A stretch of 64,000 bases of DNA from Actinomycetota bacterium (lineage in GTDB: Bacteria > Actinomycetota > Thermoleophilia > BMS3ABIN01). Shown here piece after piece: positions 29,989 through 39,265 of the stretch. The notes below the pieces were generated by a model that saw only the letters and a program-made list of their open reading frames with translations, made no database searches and had not been told where the DNA came from. The stretch spans positions 3,629 to 67,628 of the forward strand of contig JACRMB010000004.1 in NCBI GenBank assembly GCA_016235065.1. The letters run 5' to 3'. Position 1 is the stretch's first letter. Each line of letters begins with the position of its first letter. The position numbers and the translations under genes were made by a program.

Positions 29989-31239
29989 TCAACCTGAAGG
30001 CGCCACCGCCGGCGTCGCCGGCTGTACCGGCAATATCTGGCCGCAGGTGGGACTGGTCGGCTTGCCGTTGAAACGATCGTCCAGCCACATGGTCACTGTC
30101 GGTCCCGAGACTTTGGCCGCTACCTGGTGGCCGATGCCGCCGAACCACATCGTGGTCAGGTTTGAGCCGGCATCGCATGAGCGTTGAACATAAAGCATCG
30201 TGGTGTTCGGCAGCACTACCTGGTCGTCCAGGCCCTGGGCGATCAGCAGCGGCTGGTCCGGCGGTAGCACCGCAGGGGTCTCACTAGTGGAAGCGCTGTA
30301 CCATGCCGGAAACGTGACCGGATTGTTCTGGAAGAAGTCCTGCCCGAGCTCTTTCCTTATCAGGGCTTCGTCTCCACCCTTCGCCAGGCAATCATTGGCC
30401 ATGGACTCATACCTTTTCTGCCCCGACGAAGATATGACGTCGTCGACGGGGATATCCGGATAGACGCCGGGCCAGGCGACCAGGACCTCGGGTCCGATGA
30501 CCCAGCCTACAACCGACTGGTATTGCTCGGAAAACAGCGTCGCCAGTTCGGCGGCAGGTGCGGCGGCAGCCGTCGCGACAAGGTCCAGCTCGGGAGCGTA
30601 AGACTCTGATTCCATGGCAGTGAAGAGGGCCGCGTGGCCTCCCTGGGAGTGCCCCCAGACGGCATATTCCTTTCCCGCATACGCGGCTTCGACCCGCTGA
30701 GCAGCCCGGACGGAATTGATGACATCCCTGGCTTCGTCACGGCCGACCAGATAGCGCTCGGTGCCCGGCGTACCGAGGCCGGCGTAATCGGTGGCGGCTA
30801 CCACCCAGCCGCGCGCCAGCATCTCCGAAAGCCAGCTCATGTCCCCGATCGGATCCTCGGTACGCGACGGGGCGCAGGCGTCGCCCATCCCCACGGTCGG
30901 ATGAGCCCAGGCGACTACTTTGCGTTTTTCCGCCGGTGCCGGCCCCTCCGGGTAGAAGACCATGCCGGACGAGGCGGTCATCGTGCCGTCAGACTGCTGG
31001 CTGAGATAAAGGACACGCACTCCCTGTCCGCCGCCGGGAATCGAAACATCCAGCGGTTCCTGGCTGATGATCGTGCCGGGAGCTCCGGCAGGCAGGGGTG
31101 ATGGCGGGGCATAGAAGGATTCGAGAGTTTTTTGCCTCTCGTCCTCCTTGATATCTTCACGGCCGACCTTTATCGCTAACGCGAACAGGGCAATGAGTAT
31201 CACTACTCCAACAGCGGTCAATAAACGGTGTCTTGCCAC
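29989..31239 (-). CDS. secreted/membrane-anchored alpha/beta-hydrolase (lipase-like)
   Basis: GHSQGG nucleophile motif; N-terminal signal-anchor; GTG at 31239 (GAAGG RBS) preferred because the ORF-track start at 31335 overlaps the kinase gene. Confidence 0.6.
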   Translation of the reverse strand: MARHRLLTAVGVVILIALFALAIKVGREDIKEDERQKTLESFYAPPSPLPAGAPGTIISQEPLDVSIPGGGQGVRVLYLSQQSDGTMTASSGMVFYPEGPAPAEKRKVVAWAHPTVGMGDACAPSRTEDPIGDMSWLSEMLARGWVVAATDYAGLGTPGTERYLVGRDEARDVINSVRAAQRVEAAYAGKEYAVWGHSQGGHAALFTAMESESYAPELDLVATAAAAPAAELATLFSEQYQSVVGWVIGPEVLVAWPGVYPDIPVDDVISSSGQKRYESMANDCLAKGGDEALIRKELGQDFFQNNPVTFPAWYSASTSETPAVLPPDQPLLIAQGLDDQVVLPNTTMLYVQRSCDAGSNLTTMWFGGIGHQVAAKVSGPTVTMWLDDRFNGKPTSPTCGQILPVQPATPAVAPSG

Positions 31240-31310
31240 GAAGCCAGCCTTCGGTTTTGCGTTCAAGTCATTCCTCCTGAATCGATTCTGATGACAAAGC
31301 AGGCAGACAG

Positions 31311-34094
31311 CTAACTTTCGTTCAGCAGCTCCCATATTTTTTTCAGGATGATCTCCCTCGAATAAGGCTTCTGCAGGAAAGGATATTCGCGCTCATGGAT
31401 GTTTTCCTGCCATTCGATCTCGCTGTAGCCGCTGGCGAGGAGTACGCGCAGGCCGGCTTTTTTCTTCAGCAGCCGGTCGACGAGCATGATCCCGTTTTCC
31501 TGAGGCAGCACCACATCGCTGAAGACAAGATCAAAATCTCCCCGGGCTTCGTCAAATAGCGACAACGCTTCCTCGGCGCTGGCAGCGGTCGTGACGGCAT
31601 ACCCTGCCTTTACCAGGATCCTTTCAGCCAGCTTCCTGACAGTATCTTCATCCTCGACCAGCAGGATCTTTTCTCCCCGTCCCGTCAACTGCGCGGGAGG
31701 GGTCACTTCCTTCACAGTGTCTTCTTCCGTCAAGGGGATGACCGGGAGAAAGAAATAAAGGGTGGAGCCGCGACCAGGATCGCTCTCAACATCTACCCAG
31801 CCTTCATGGTGGGAGATTATGCCGTAGACCACGGAAAGGCCCAGGCCGGTGCCCTGGGCTGCGCCCTTGGTGGTGAAGAATGGCTCATACATATGTGCGA
31901 TCGTCTCGGCGTCCATGCCGCTACCCTCGTCCCTGACGGAGATGCGGACGAATTCTCCTTCCCGGGAATCGGCGTGGGCTTCGGCGTACTTTCTGTCCAC
32001 CGGGAAGTTCTCTGATCTGATCTCGATCTTCCCGCCGTCAGGCATGGCATCCCTGGCATTGACTGCCAGGTTCATGATCACCTGCTGGATATGTGATTTG
32101 TCTGCGCTGACTGTCTTGAGATCCGGTGCGAGGTCGGTAGTCAACATGTAGCGTTCGCCAATGAGCCTCCTGAGCATCTTCATGGCGTCGGTTATCAGTG
32201 CGTTCAGGTTTGTCGGCGCCGGATGCATGGCTTCCTGACGGCTGAAGATCAGCAGCTGCCGGGCCAGGTTGGCGGCGCTCTCGGAAGCCTTGCGTGACTC
32301 CAGCAGTTGCCCATATTCAGCGCTCTCCTCGGGAAGCTCAGTCAACACCAGGTCCGTATAGCCCTCTATGACTGTGAGGAAGTTATTGATGTCATGGGCG
32401 ATCCCTCCCGCCAGCCTGCCGACGGCCTCCATCTTCTGGGCCTGGAGCAGCTGCGCGCGCAGGCTTCTCCGTTCTACCTCAGACTTTTTGCGGTCAGTAA
32501 CCTCCCTGACCGCCTCTATCCCGCCGATTATCTCTCCCTCGGAGTTCCTCAGCGGCGATGCGGTTATTTCGAAATAATGATTACCGTCAGGGAAGACTAC
32601 GGTCCTTTCAGTAAAGTGGATCTTTCCGTCGGCCATCGCCATTGCGACCGGACACCCTTCACAGGCCCCATCCCGCTTTTCATATCCGTTATAGCAATAT
32701 TCCCCTACGTGATCACCGATAAAATCCCGGTGGACCTGGTTCTGGAACAGGACTTTCAGGTCGGTATCCTGGATGCTTATCCCGTCACCGATCCCCTCGA
32801 TGATCGCCCGGTTCTTCTCCTTTTCGTCCTCAGCGAGCTTAAGTGCTTCCTTAAGGGATGCTTCAGCAGTTATGCGTTCAGTGATGTTCTGGGCCGTGCC
32901 GCGCAGCCCTGTGATCGCGCCGGTGGTGTCATGTTTGACTTCACCGCGGGCTACTATCCATCGGCGAGTTGCGTCGGGCTGGGAAAGTTCCAGATCGAGC
33001 TCATAAGGCTCGCCGGTCTTCATGGTCTCTTCGACCGAAGCATTGAGCCGGGCGGCGCTTTCCGGCGTATAGATCCTGAGATGTTCCTTGTAGTTGGGCG
33101 AAGGCTTCGCCGGATCGAAGTTCAGTATGTGATACAGCTCCTCTGACCAGAAAGTGGCGTCGGTAACGGCATCCCAGTCCCAGTTGCCGATCTGCGCGAT
33201 CTGCTGCGCCTCCTTGAATTGCTGCTCGCTTTCAGAGAGCGTTTCTTCCGCATGCCTGCGCTCGGTCAGCTCGACCTGCAGCTGCCTGTTTGCATCCTGC
33301 AGTTCTCCTGTCCTCTCTTTGACACGGACCTCGAGGTCATCCCTTGACCGGCGAAGTTCCAGCTCACCGCGTCTTTGCCTGACAGCCCCCAGGGAGATTC
33401 CAGCGCAACCGGTGAGCCAGATAAGCGAATATATGATGCCGGCCTGCTTCTTCTGAGAATCCGCATGGGCCGCAACCTGAGAGAAGGGTATCGAGATGCT
33501 GACGCCGCCGCGGATGTCACCCTCCTGATAGCCCTGTCCGGCATGGCATTTCAGACAGGGTTTTTCGGTGACCATGGGCCGCATCAGGCGCAGATAGGGC
33601 TGGCCGTCGATCTGCTCGATCGAAGTGACTTCAGTCTGCCCCTCATCGAATGCCCTGAGGGCGGTCGTTTCCCACTGGTCTGCTGCATTCCCGGGACGGA
33701 TCGGATTCAGGCTGGTGATATGGCCAAAAACATCGCCTTCGGCAGCGGCAAGTTCGTTTACCTGCCGGGTCATGTAAGCGGGATTCATGAGTGTCAGCTG
33801 CTTGCCGGATGGTGTGACGATATCCCGCTCAGGTATTTGAGTAAGATATGGATTAGAAGGAGTCTGCGCTGAAACCGGAACATAGACTCCGCCGTGCGAA
33901 GCGTTCCAGCGGCGATAGAGCACGTCCTTTTCCCAGACCACGCTGGCCCGGGTGACGGCTTCGTCTTCGGCCTGCTGATCGATCTCGCTGGCGCTCAAAA
34001 AATAGATGACCACCATTATCGCCGTCCAGCAGACGGCAAGCAGCGTCGCATACCGTGCGGCGCGGGTATATCTATTCCTTATTGTTTTCAGCAT
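31311..34094 (-). CDS. hybrid sensor histidine kinase with periplasmic CxxCH (heme-c) sensor domain, PAS domains, HisKA, HATPase_c and C-terminal receiver
   Basis: TM1, ~150-aa periplasmic domain containing KPCLKCHAGQ (CxxCH at 33543..33557), TM2, PAS repeats, AHDINNFLTVIEGYTDL (H-box), GTGLGLSVVYGII (G2 box), receiver ILLVEDEDTVRKL...DLVFSDVVLP. Confidence 0.85.
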   Translation of the reverse strand: MLKTIRNRYTRAARYATLLAVCWTAIMVVIYFLSASEIDQQAEDEAVTRASVVWEKDVLYRRWNASHGGVYVPVSAQTPSNPYLTQIPERDIVTPSGKQLTLMNPAYMTRQVNELAAAEGDVFGHITSLNPIRPGNAADQWETTALRAFDEGQTEVTSIEQIDGQPYLRLMRPMVTEKPCLKCHAGQGYQEGDIRGGVSISIPFSQVAAHADSQKKQAGIIYSLIWLTGCAGISLGAVRQRRGELELRRSRDDLEVRVKERTGELQDANRQLQVELTERRHAEETLSESEQQFKEAQQIAQIGNWDWDAVTDATFWSEELYHILNFDPAKPSPNYKEHLRIYTPESAARLNASVEETMKTGEPYELDLELSQPDATRRWIVARGEVKHDTTGAITGLRGTAQNITERITAEASLKEALKLAEDEKEKNRAIIEGIGDGISIQDTDLKVLFQNQVHRDFIGDHVGEYCYNGYEKRDGACEGCPVAMAMADGKIHFTERTVVFPDGNHYFEITASPLRNSEGEIIGGIEAVREVTDRKKSEVERRSLRAQLLQAQKMEAVGRLAGGIAHDINNFLTVIEGYTDLVLTELPEESAEYGQLLESRKASESAANLARQLLIFSRQEAMHPAPTNLNALITDAMKMLRRLIGERYMLTTDLAPDLKTVSADKSHIQQVIMNLAVNARDAMPDGGKIEIRSENFPVDRKYAEAHADSREGEFVRISVRDEGSGMDAETIAHMYEPFFTTKGAAQGTGLGLSVVYGIISHHEGWVDVESDPGRGSTLYFFLPVIPLTEEDTVKEVTPPAQLTGRGEKILLVEDEDTVRKLAERILVKAGYAVTTAASAEEALSLFDEARGDFDLVFSDVVLPQENGIMLVDRLLKKKAGLRVLLASGYSEIEWQENIHEREYPFLQKPYSREIILKKIWELLNES

Positions 34095-34307
34095 TCTGAG
34101 AGTACCTTCCCAATTCACTCTTTAGCTAAAACAGGAGTTATTCCTGTTGAACGTAACTTCATGCGGCTACCAGTTCGCCTTTGAGTATCACCGGCGTTGA
34201 AGGGCGTCAAACTTTTGTGTTGAACTGTGATGAGATGATATAGAGTGACGGAATGCGTCATGCTCGCCTGGTCATTTGTCCAGGTCGTGATTCCAGGATG
34301 GGAAAAA

Positions 34308-35183
34308 ATGGGAATAATCGAGACCAAAAGCCTGACCAAGTATTACGGCAGTGCCAAAGGCATAGAAGATGTCACCCTCAGCGTCGAGAAGGGCGAGATA
34401 CTGGGCTTCATCGGCCCCAACGGCGCCGGCAAGTCAACGACTATCCGCCTGCTGCTCTCCCTGATATATCCGACCAGCGGCAGCGCCACCATCTTCGGCA
34501 AAGACATCATCAAGTACGGTCCCGAGATCAAGCGTGAGATCGGCTACATGCCGTCCGAAGTGTTCTATTACGAGAACATGCGGGTCAGGGAGCTGCTCGA
34601 CTACTCCGCCAGTTTTTACGGCAAGGACTGCTCGAAGCGCATCAACGAACTGTCCGGCCTCCTGAAACTGGATCTGAACAAGAAGATAGACGACCTTTCC
34701 TACGGCAACAAGAAGAAAGTCGGCATAGTCCAGGGCCTGCTGCACGACCCGCAGCTTATCATCCTCGACGAGCCGACTGGCGGCCTGGATCCCCTGATGC
34801 AGAAGAACTTCTTCGCTCTGCTCAGGGAGGAGAACAGAGCGGGCAAGACTATCTTCTTCTCGTCGCATATCCTCAGCGAGGTCCAGAAGATCTGCAACCG
34901 TGTAGCTATCATCAGGGACGGTGCGGTGATCAACATCGAATCCATGGAGCACCTGATCCAGAACAACTACAAGCGGGTCCACCTGACAACGAGGCAGAAG
35001 CCTGACAGAAAGCTGTTCGATTTTCCAGGCGTGAGCGACCTGCTGGTTGAGAAGAACGTGGTCAGCTTCCTCTACAAGGGCGATGTGAATACGATCTCCA
35101 GAACCATCGCGCAGATCGACCTGGTCGATTTCATGGTCGGCGAACCGGACCTGGAAGAGATATTCATGCACTACTACCAGTGA
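34308..35183 (+). CDS. ABC transporter ATP-binding protein (ABC-2 type)
   Basis: Walker A GPNGAGKST, signature LSYGNKKKVG, Walker B LIILDEPTGGLD; ATG at 34308 preferred over the longer ORF-track start. Confidence 0.85.
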   Translation: MGIIETKSLTKYYGSAKGIEDVTLSVEKGEILGFIGPNGAGKSTTIRLLLSLIYPTSGSATIFGKDIIKYGPEIKREIGYMPSEVFYYENMRVRELLDYSASFYGKDCSKRINELSGLLKLDLNKKIDDLSYGNKKKVGIVQGLLHDPQLIILDEPTGGLDPLMQKNFFALLREENRAGKTIFFSSHILSEVQKICNRVAIIRDGAVINIESMEHLIQNNYKRVHLTTRQKPDRKLFDFPGVSDLLVEKNVVSFLYKGDVNTISRTIAQIDLVDFMVGEPDLEEIFMHYYQ

Positions 35184-35980
35184 TGCCCATGAACGTCTTT
35201 AGACTGGAGCTGAGGCAGAACCGCAACTCGACGATAGCCTGGACCATCGCCCTGATCGCCGTGGCTGCATTGTACATCTCCATATATCCTTCGATTTCAG
35301 GAAACACGGCCGTGACTGACGTCTACAAGAACTTCCCCGAGGCGTTCAAGAAGACTTTTGGCATCAATGAAGATTTTCTGTCTACTTTTTCCGGCCTGTA
35401 TGCACTGATACTCAACCTGGTGCTGCTTACCGGGGCGGTGCAGGCGATGAACCTCGGCACCGGCATCACTTCAAAGGAGGTGCGGGAGAGGACGGCGGAT
35501 TTCCTGTTGACCAGGCCTGTCAGCCGGATTTCGGTCCTGCGGCAGAAGCTGCTCACGGTATTCCTGCTTATCCTGATCACGGACCTGGTCTTCATGGCGG
35601 CGGACTGGGCCTTGATCCGGGCGGTGATCGACGATCCATTCCGGTTCAGCACCTTCATCACTAGCACCAGCAGCCTGGTCCTGATCCAGCTGTTCTTCGT
35701 CTCGTTCGGTTTTCTCCTGGGTACGTCGCTGCGGCGGATCAAGTCAGTGATCGCCGTATCGCTGCCTGCGGTGTTCGGATTCTATGTGGTCGGGCTGCTG
35801 GACACGGTAGTTGGGGAAAAAATCAAATATCTGACGCCGTTCAAATCCTTCAATCTGAACCTGCTGACGGCCGGAGGCAGCTATGAGACTGGGATTCTTA
35901 TATATCTGGCTGGCCTGTCGATGGCAGCCATCGCCGTGAGTTTTGTGGTTTACAAGAAGAAGGACATCCCCACGATATGA
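35183..35980 (+). CDS. ABC-2 family transporter permease
   Basis: Six predicted TM helices; start overlaps the ATPase stop (TGATG). Confidence 0.7.
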   Translation: MPMNVFRLELRQNRNSTIAWTIALIAVAALYISIYPSISGNTAVTDVYKNFPEAFKKTFGINEDFLSTFSGLYALILNLVLLTGAVQAMNLGTGITSKEVRERTADFLLTRPVSRISVLRQKLLTVFLLILITDLVFMAADWALIRAVIDDPFRFSTFITSTSSLVLIQLFFVSFGFLLGTSLRRIKSVIAVSLPAVFGFYVVGLLDTVVGEKIKYLTPFKSFNLNLLTAGGSYETGILIYLAGLSMAAIAVSFVVYKKKDIPTI

Positions 35981-36010
35981 GGGGCATCTCCACTATATGA
36001 GCCCGGAACG

Positions 36011-36808
36011 ATGAACATATACCTGAAAGAGCTGAAGGATTACCGGAAAGCGATGTTCTTCTGGACGATCGCCATCATCGCCTTCATGCTCTCGGCAATG
36101 AGCAAATATCAGGGATATGCCAAGTCGGGCACCTCGATAAACGAGGTCATCGAGAGCATGCCGGCGGGGCTGGGTGCGGTCCTGGGTTTCAAGGGGCTGG
36201 ACATGCAGACGGCCGGCGGATTCTTCGCCATGTGCGCCCTCTATCTCTCCATAATGCTCGGGGTGCACGCCGTGCTGCTTGGTTCCGGCATCATATCCAA
36301 GGAAGAATCCGACAAGACCATCGAGTTCCTCTACACGAAACCGGTGTCGAGGAACACCATCCTGTTCTCCAAGATGCTTGCGGCTCTCACCACGATAGTG
36401 ATCCTGAATATCGTCACCGCCATTACCTCTGTCATCAGTGTGGCAGCGTTTGCTGAAGGGCCACCCATGAGCAGCGACATAATATTCCTGATGCCGTCAA
36501 TATTCTTCCTGCAACTCTGGTTCCTGATGATCGGGGCCACCTTCGCGGCGGTCATGCGCCAACCGAGGCGCGCAGGGACGTATTCCGCCTCGGTGCTCCT
36601 GGCGACCTTCGTCATCTCCGCGTTCGTCGACATCACCGACAGGTTCGGATTCCTGAGATATATGACGCCGTTCAAGTACTTCGATCCGAAAACCATATTC
36701 GCCGAGCACAGTTACAGCGTCACTTATATTCTGATCACGCTGATGGCGACGGCCATCATGCTCGCGTGGTCCGGTGTGGCGTACAGGAACAGGGACTTCA
36801 TTATTTGA
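36011..36808 (+). CDS. ABC-2 family transporter permease (paralog)
   Basis: Same topology and recognisable similarity to the preceding permease. Confidence 0.7.
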   Translation: MNIYLKELKDYRKAMFFWTIAIIAFMLSAMSKYQGYAKSGTSINEVIESMPAGLGAVLGFKGLDMQTAGGFFAMCALYLSIMLGVHAVLLGSGIISKEESDKTIEFLYTKPVSRNTILFSKMLAALTTIVILNIVTAITSVISVAAFAEGPPMSSDIIFLMPSIFFLQLWFLMIGATFAAVMRQPRRAGTYSASVLLATFVISAFVDITDRFGFLRYMTPFKYFDPKTIFAEHSYSVTYILITLMATAIMLAWSGVAYRNRDFII

Positions 36809-37038
36809 CAGTAGTCGCATATATGACAGATATAAAACATGTGTAGGGCTGGGATCCTGGTGATATCCTTGGTGTTGTGAAATGATTGGTCTGAGTTCAC
36901 CGAAGGTATCTTGGGAGTCATGTATTGCCATCAATAGGATTTCCGGAATTAATAGCGATGTTCATCATTGGTACGGTAATCACGGTCATAGCGATACTTG
37001 TGCAGAATGGCAAGTAAGAAGAACCGGGTAATGACCTG

Positions 37039-38283
37039 ATGAACCGCCTCGCGGTCGCGACGATCGTCGCAAAAAATCACATCTCCTACGCGCGCGTGCT
37101 CGCGGAGTCTTTCAGGGAACACCATTCGGATGTTCCGTTCCATGTCCTGCTGGCAGACGAGATCGACGGGCTGTTCGATCCGGCGAACGAACCGTTCGAA
37201 CTTCTCACCCTGAAGGACCTGTCCATCCCGCATCAGGAGCGCTTCCGCTTCAACTACGCGCAGCAGGAACTAAGCTATGCCTGTACGCCGTATCTTCTGG
37301 AGATGCTTCTCGACCGCGGTTTCACTGCCGCGGCCTTCCTCAAGCAGGAAAGCCTGGTGCTGGATGATCTTTCTCCCGTCATGTCGGAGATGCTGCGGCA
37401 CCCGATCACGCTGACTCCGCACCTGCTGGAGCCCCTGATCGGCGAGGACGCCGCCGCCCGGGAACTCAATATCCTCCAGTCCGGCATCTATAACGTGGGT
37501 TTTCTCGGGGTCAGCGACTCCACTGCTGCGCGCCGGTTCCTCTCCTGGTGGCAGGACCGGGTCTACCGGCATTGCCGTCACGACGTTCCGGGAGGCATGC
37601 ACTTCGAGCAGCGCTGGCTCGACCTGGCGCCCGTCTATTTCGAAGGAACTCACATGGTGCGCGATCCCGGCTTCAACCTGGGCCACTGGAATCTCTCCGA
37701 GCGGGAGGTGCGAGTCTCCGCCAGCGGCCTGACCGCCGGCGGCAGCACCTTGCGGTTCATGCGTTTCAGCGGCTTCGAGCCGGAACAGCCCGAGGCAGTT
37801 ACCAGGTACAACGGGCGTCTGGAGATGGGGGATATAGGCCCGGCTGCGGACCTGTTCCGCAGGTATGCCCGCCTGCTTGACGAGGCGGGATATCAGGAGA
37901 CGAGCCTCTGGAAATATTCCTATGACAGTTTCGATAACGGGGTCGGTATCCCGTTTGTGGCCAGGCAGATTTACCGGGATCTAGGGGTGGAGGCTGAAGC
38001 ATTCGGCGATCCCTTCGAGTCATCTGGATCCGCCGGCTATTTCAACTGGTTACGTGAGCCGGCTGGGCGGGAATCCATCAATCCCTCCTCAAGCGAAGGA
38101 GCAGACGACGGCGGGATTGTGTCAAACCTCTGGCAGGGAGTCTACGAGAGGCGGCCCGACGTCAGGGCGGCGTTTCCCGATCTTGCAGGTTCGGACCACA
38201 GCGCCTTTCTGGATTGGGCTGAACGTTACGGTATTAATGAACACAGCATCCCCGAAGTCTTCCATCCGAAAGGCCGGCCGTAG
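37039..38283 (+). CDS. GT-A fold glycosyltransferase, GT8-like (paralog 1)
   Basis: Shares FARVLA.SFREHH, TPHLLEP, ILQSG and EQRWLDLAPVYFE motifs with the next two genes; DxD-like LVLDDL at the position where paralogs have YLDADI. Confidence 0.55.
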   Translation: MNRLAVATIVAKNHISYARVLAESFREHHSDVPFHVLLADEIDGLFDPANEPFELLTLKDLSIPHQERFRFNYAQQELSYACTPYLLEMLLDRGFTAAAFLKQESLVLDDLSPVMSEMLRHPITLTPHLLEPLIGEDAAARELNILQSGIYNVGFLGVSDSTAARRFLSWWQDRVYRHCRHDVPGGMHFEQRWLDLAPVYFEGTHMVRDPGFNLGHWNLSEREVRVSASGLTAGGSTLRFMRFSGFEPEQPEAVTRYNGRLEMGDIGPAADLFRRYARLLDEAGYQETSLWKYSYDSFDNGVGIPFVARQIYRDLGVEAEAFGDPFESSGSAGYFNWLREPAGRESINPSSSEGADDGGIVSNLWQGVYERRPDVRAAFPDLAGSDHSAFLDWAERYGINEHSIPEVFHPKGRP

Positions 38284-39226
38284 CGTGTTCCGGAAAAGAA
38301 GAAAAACCGGAGCCAGGCAGAAGTACGCCGCAGCCGCAGCCGGCACCATCATATCGAAGAATTATCTGCCCTTCGCTCGCGTTCTGGCATCCTCCTTCCG
38401 GGAGCATCACCCCGAGATTCCGTTCCACGTCCTGCTGATGGACGAGGTCGACGGTTGCTTCGACCCGCTCCGGGAGTCCTTCCCCATACTGAACCCTGGC
38501 GATGCAGGGATCACGGGTATCCCCGGTTTCGGGCGGGGCTACAGCCGCGAGCAGCTGCTCTCGGCGGCAAAGCCATACCTGCTTAGCCACCTGCTCGATG
38601 CCGGCCATGAGACTGCCGTCTACCTGGATGCCGATATCATGGTACTGGCAGATCTGATGGCGCCGCTCGGGGAAGCGGCGGCGCGGGGTGTGGTGCTGAC
38701 GCCCCATCTCCTGGAGCCCCTGGTCTCTGAGGACAGGGCGGCCCGGGAGCTCAACATCCTCCAGTCAGGATGCTTCAACGCCGGCTTTCTATCTGTTTCG
38801 GATCAGCCATCCTCGCGGCAGTTCCTCTCCTGGTGGCAGAAAAGAGTGAGGGAGCACTGCCAGCCGGCGGTAGCCGAAGGCATGCATCTTGACCAGCGCT
38901 GGCTCGACCTGGCTCCGGTCTACTTCGAGGATATGCAGGTCATGCGGCATCCAGGCTTCAACGTGGGACACTGGAACCTGCCCGAGCGGGCGCTGCTTCA
39001 GGATGAACGAGGCCTTACGGCAGACGGTGATCCCTGCTGTTTCTTCCACTTCAGCGGTTTCGATCCCGAGTGGCCGCAGGTCGTCACCAGATATAACGGG
39101 CGGCTGACGATGGATGATATCGGCCCGGCGGCGGCGGGGCTATTCATTCAGTACGCTTCCCTGCTCAAAGCCGCCGGCTATGAAGAGGCCCGGGATTGGC
39201 CATTCAGGAATCCTCTCGGGAAGTAG
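38237..39226 (+). CDS. GT-A fold glycosyltransferase, GT8-like (paralog 2)
   Basis: AVYLDADIMV (GT8-type DxD), TPHLLEPLVSED, DQRWLDLAPVYFE; start ambiguous (ATG 38237 overlapping upstream gene, or GTG 38285). Confidence 0.55.
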   Translation: MNTASPKSSIRKAGRSVFRKRRKTGARQKYAAAAAGTIISKNYLPFARVLASSFREHHPEIPFHVLLMDEVDGCFDPLRESFPILNPGDAGITGIPGFGRGYSREQLLSAAKPYLLSHLLDAGHETAVYLDADIMVLADLMAPLGEAAARGVVLTPHLLEPLVSEDRAARELNILQSGCFNAGFLSVSDQPSSRQFLSWWQKRVREHCQPAVAEGMHLDQRWLDLAPVYFEDMQVMRHPGFNVGHWNLPERALLQDERGLTADGDPCCFFHFSGFDPEWPQVVTRYNGRLTMDDIGPAAAGLFIQYASLLKAAGYEEARDWPFRNPLGK

Positions 39227-39265
39227 CCGGCTCCCATACATGAAAAGTAGCCGATCCTCTGAATC

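Noticed and set aside
36958-37017. 19-codon hydrophobic micro-ORF (MFIIGTVITVIAILVQNGK) just upstream of the first glycosyltransferase
   Set aside because: No RBS and too short to support from sequence alone; could be a leader peptide, but this is speculative.
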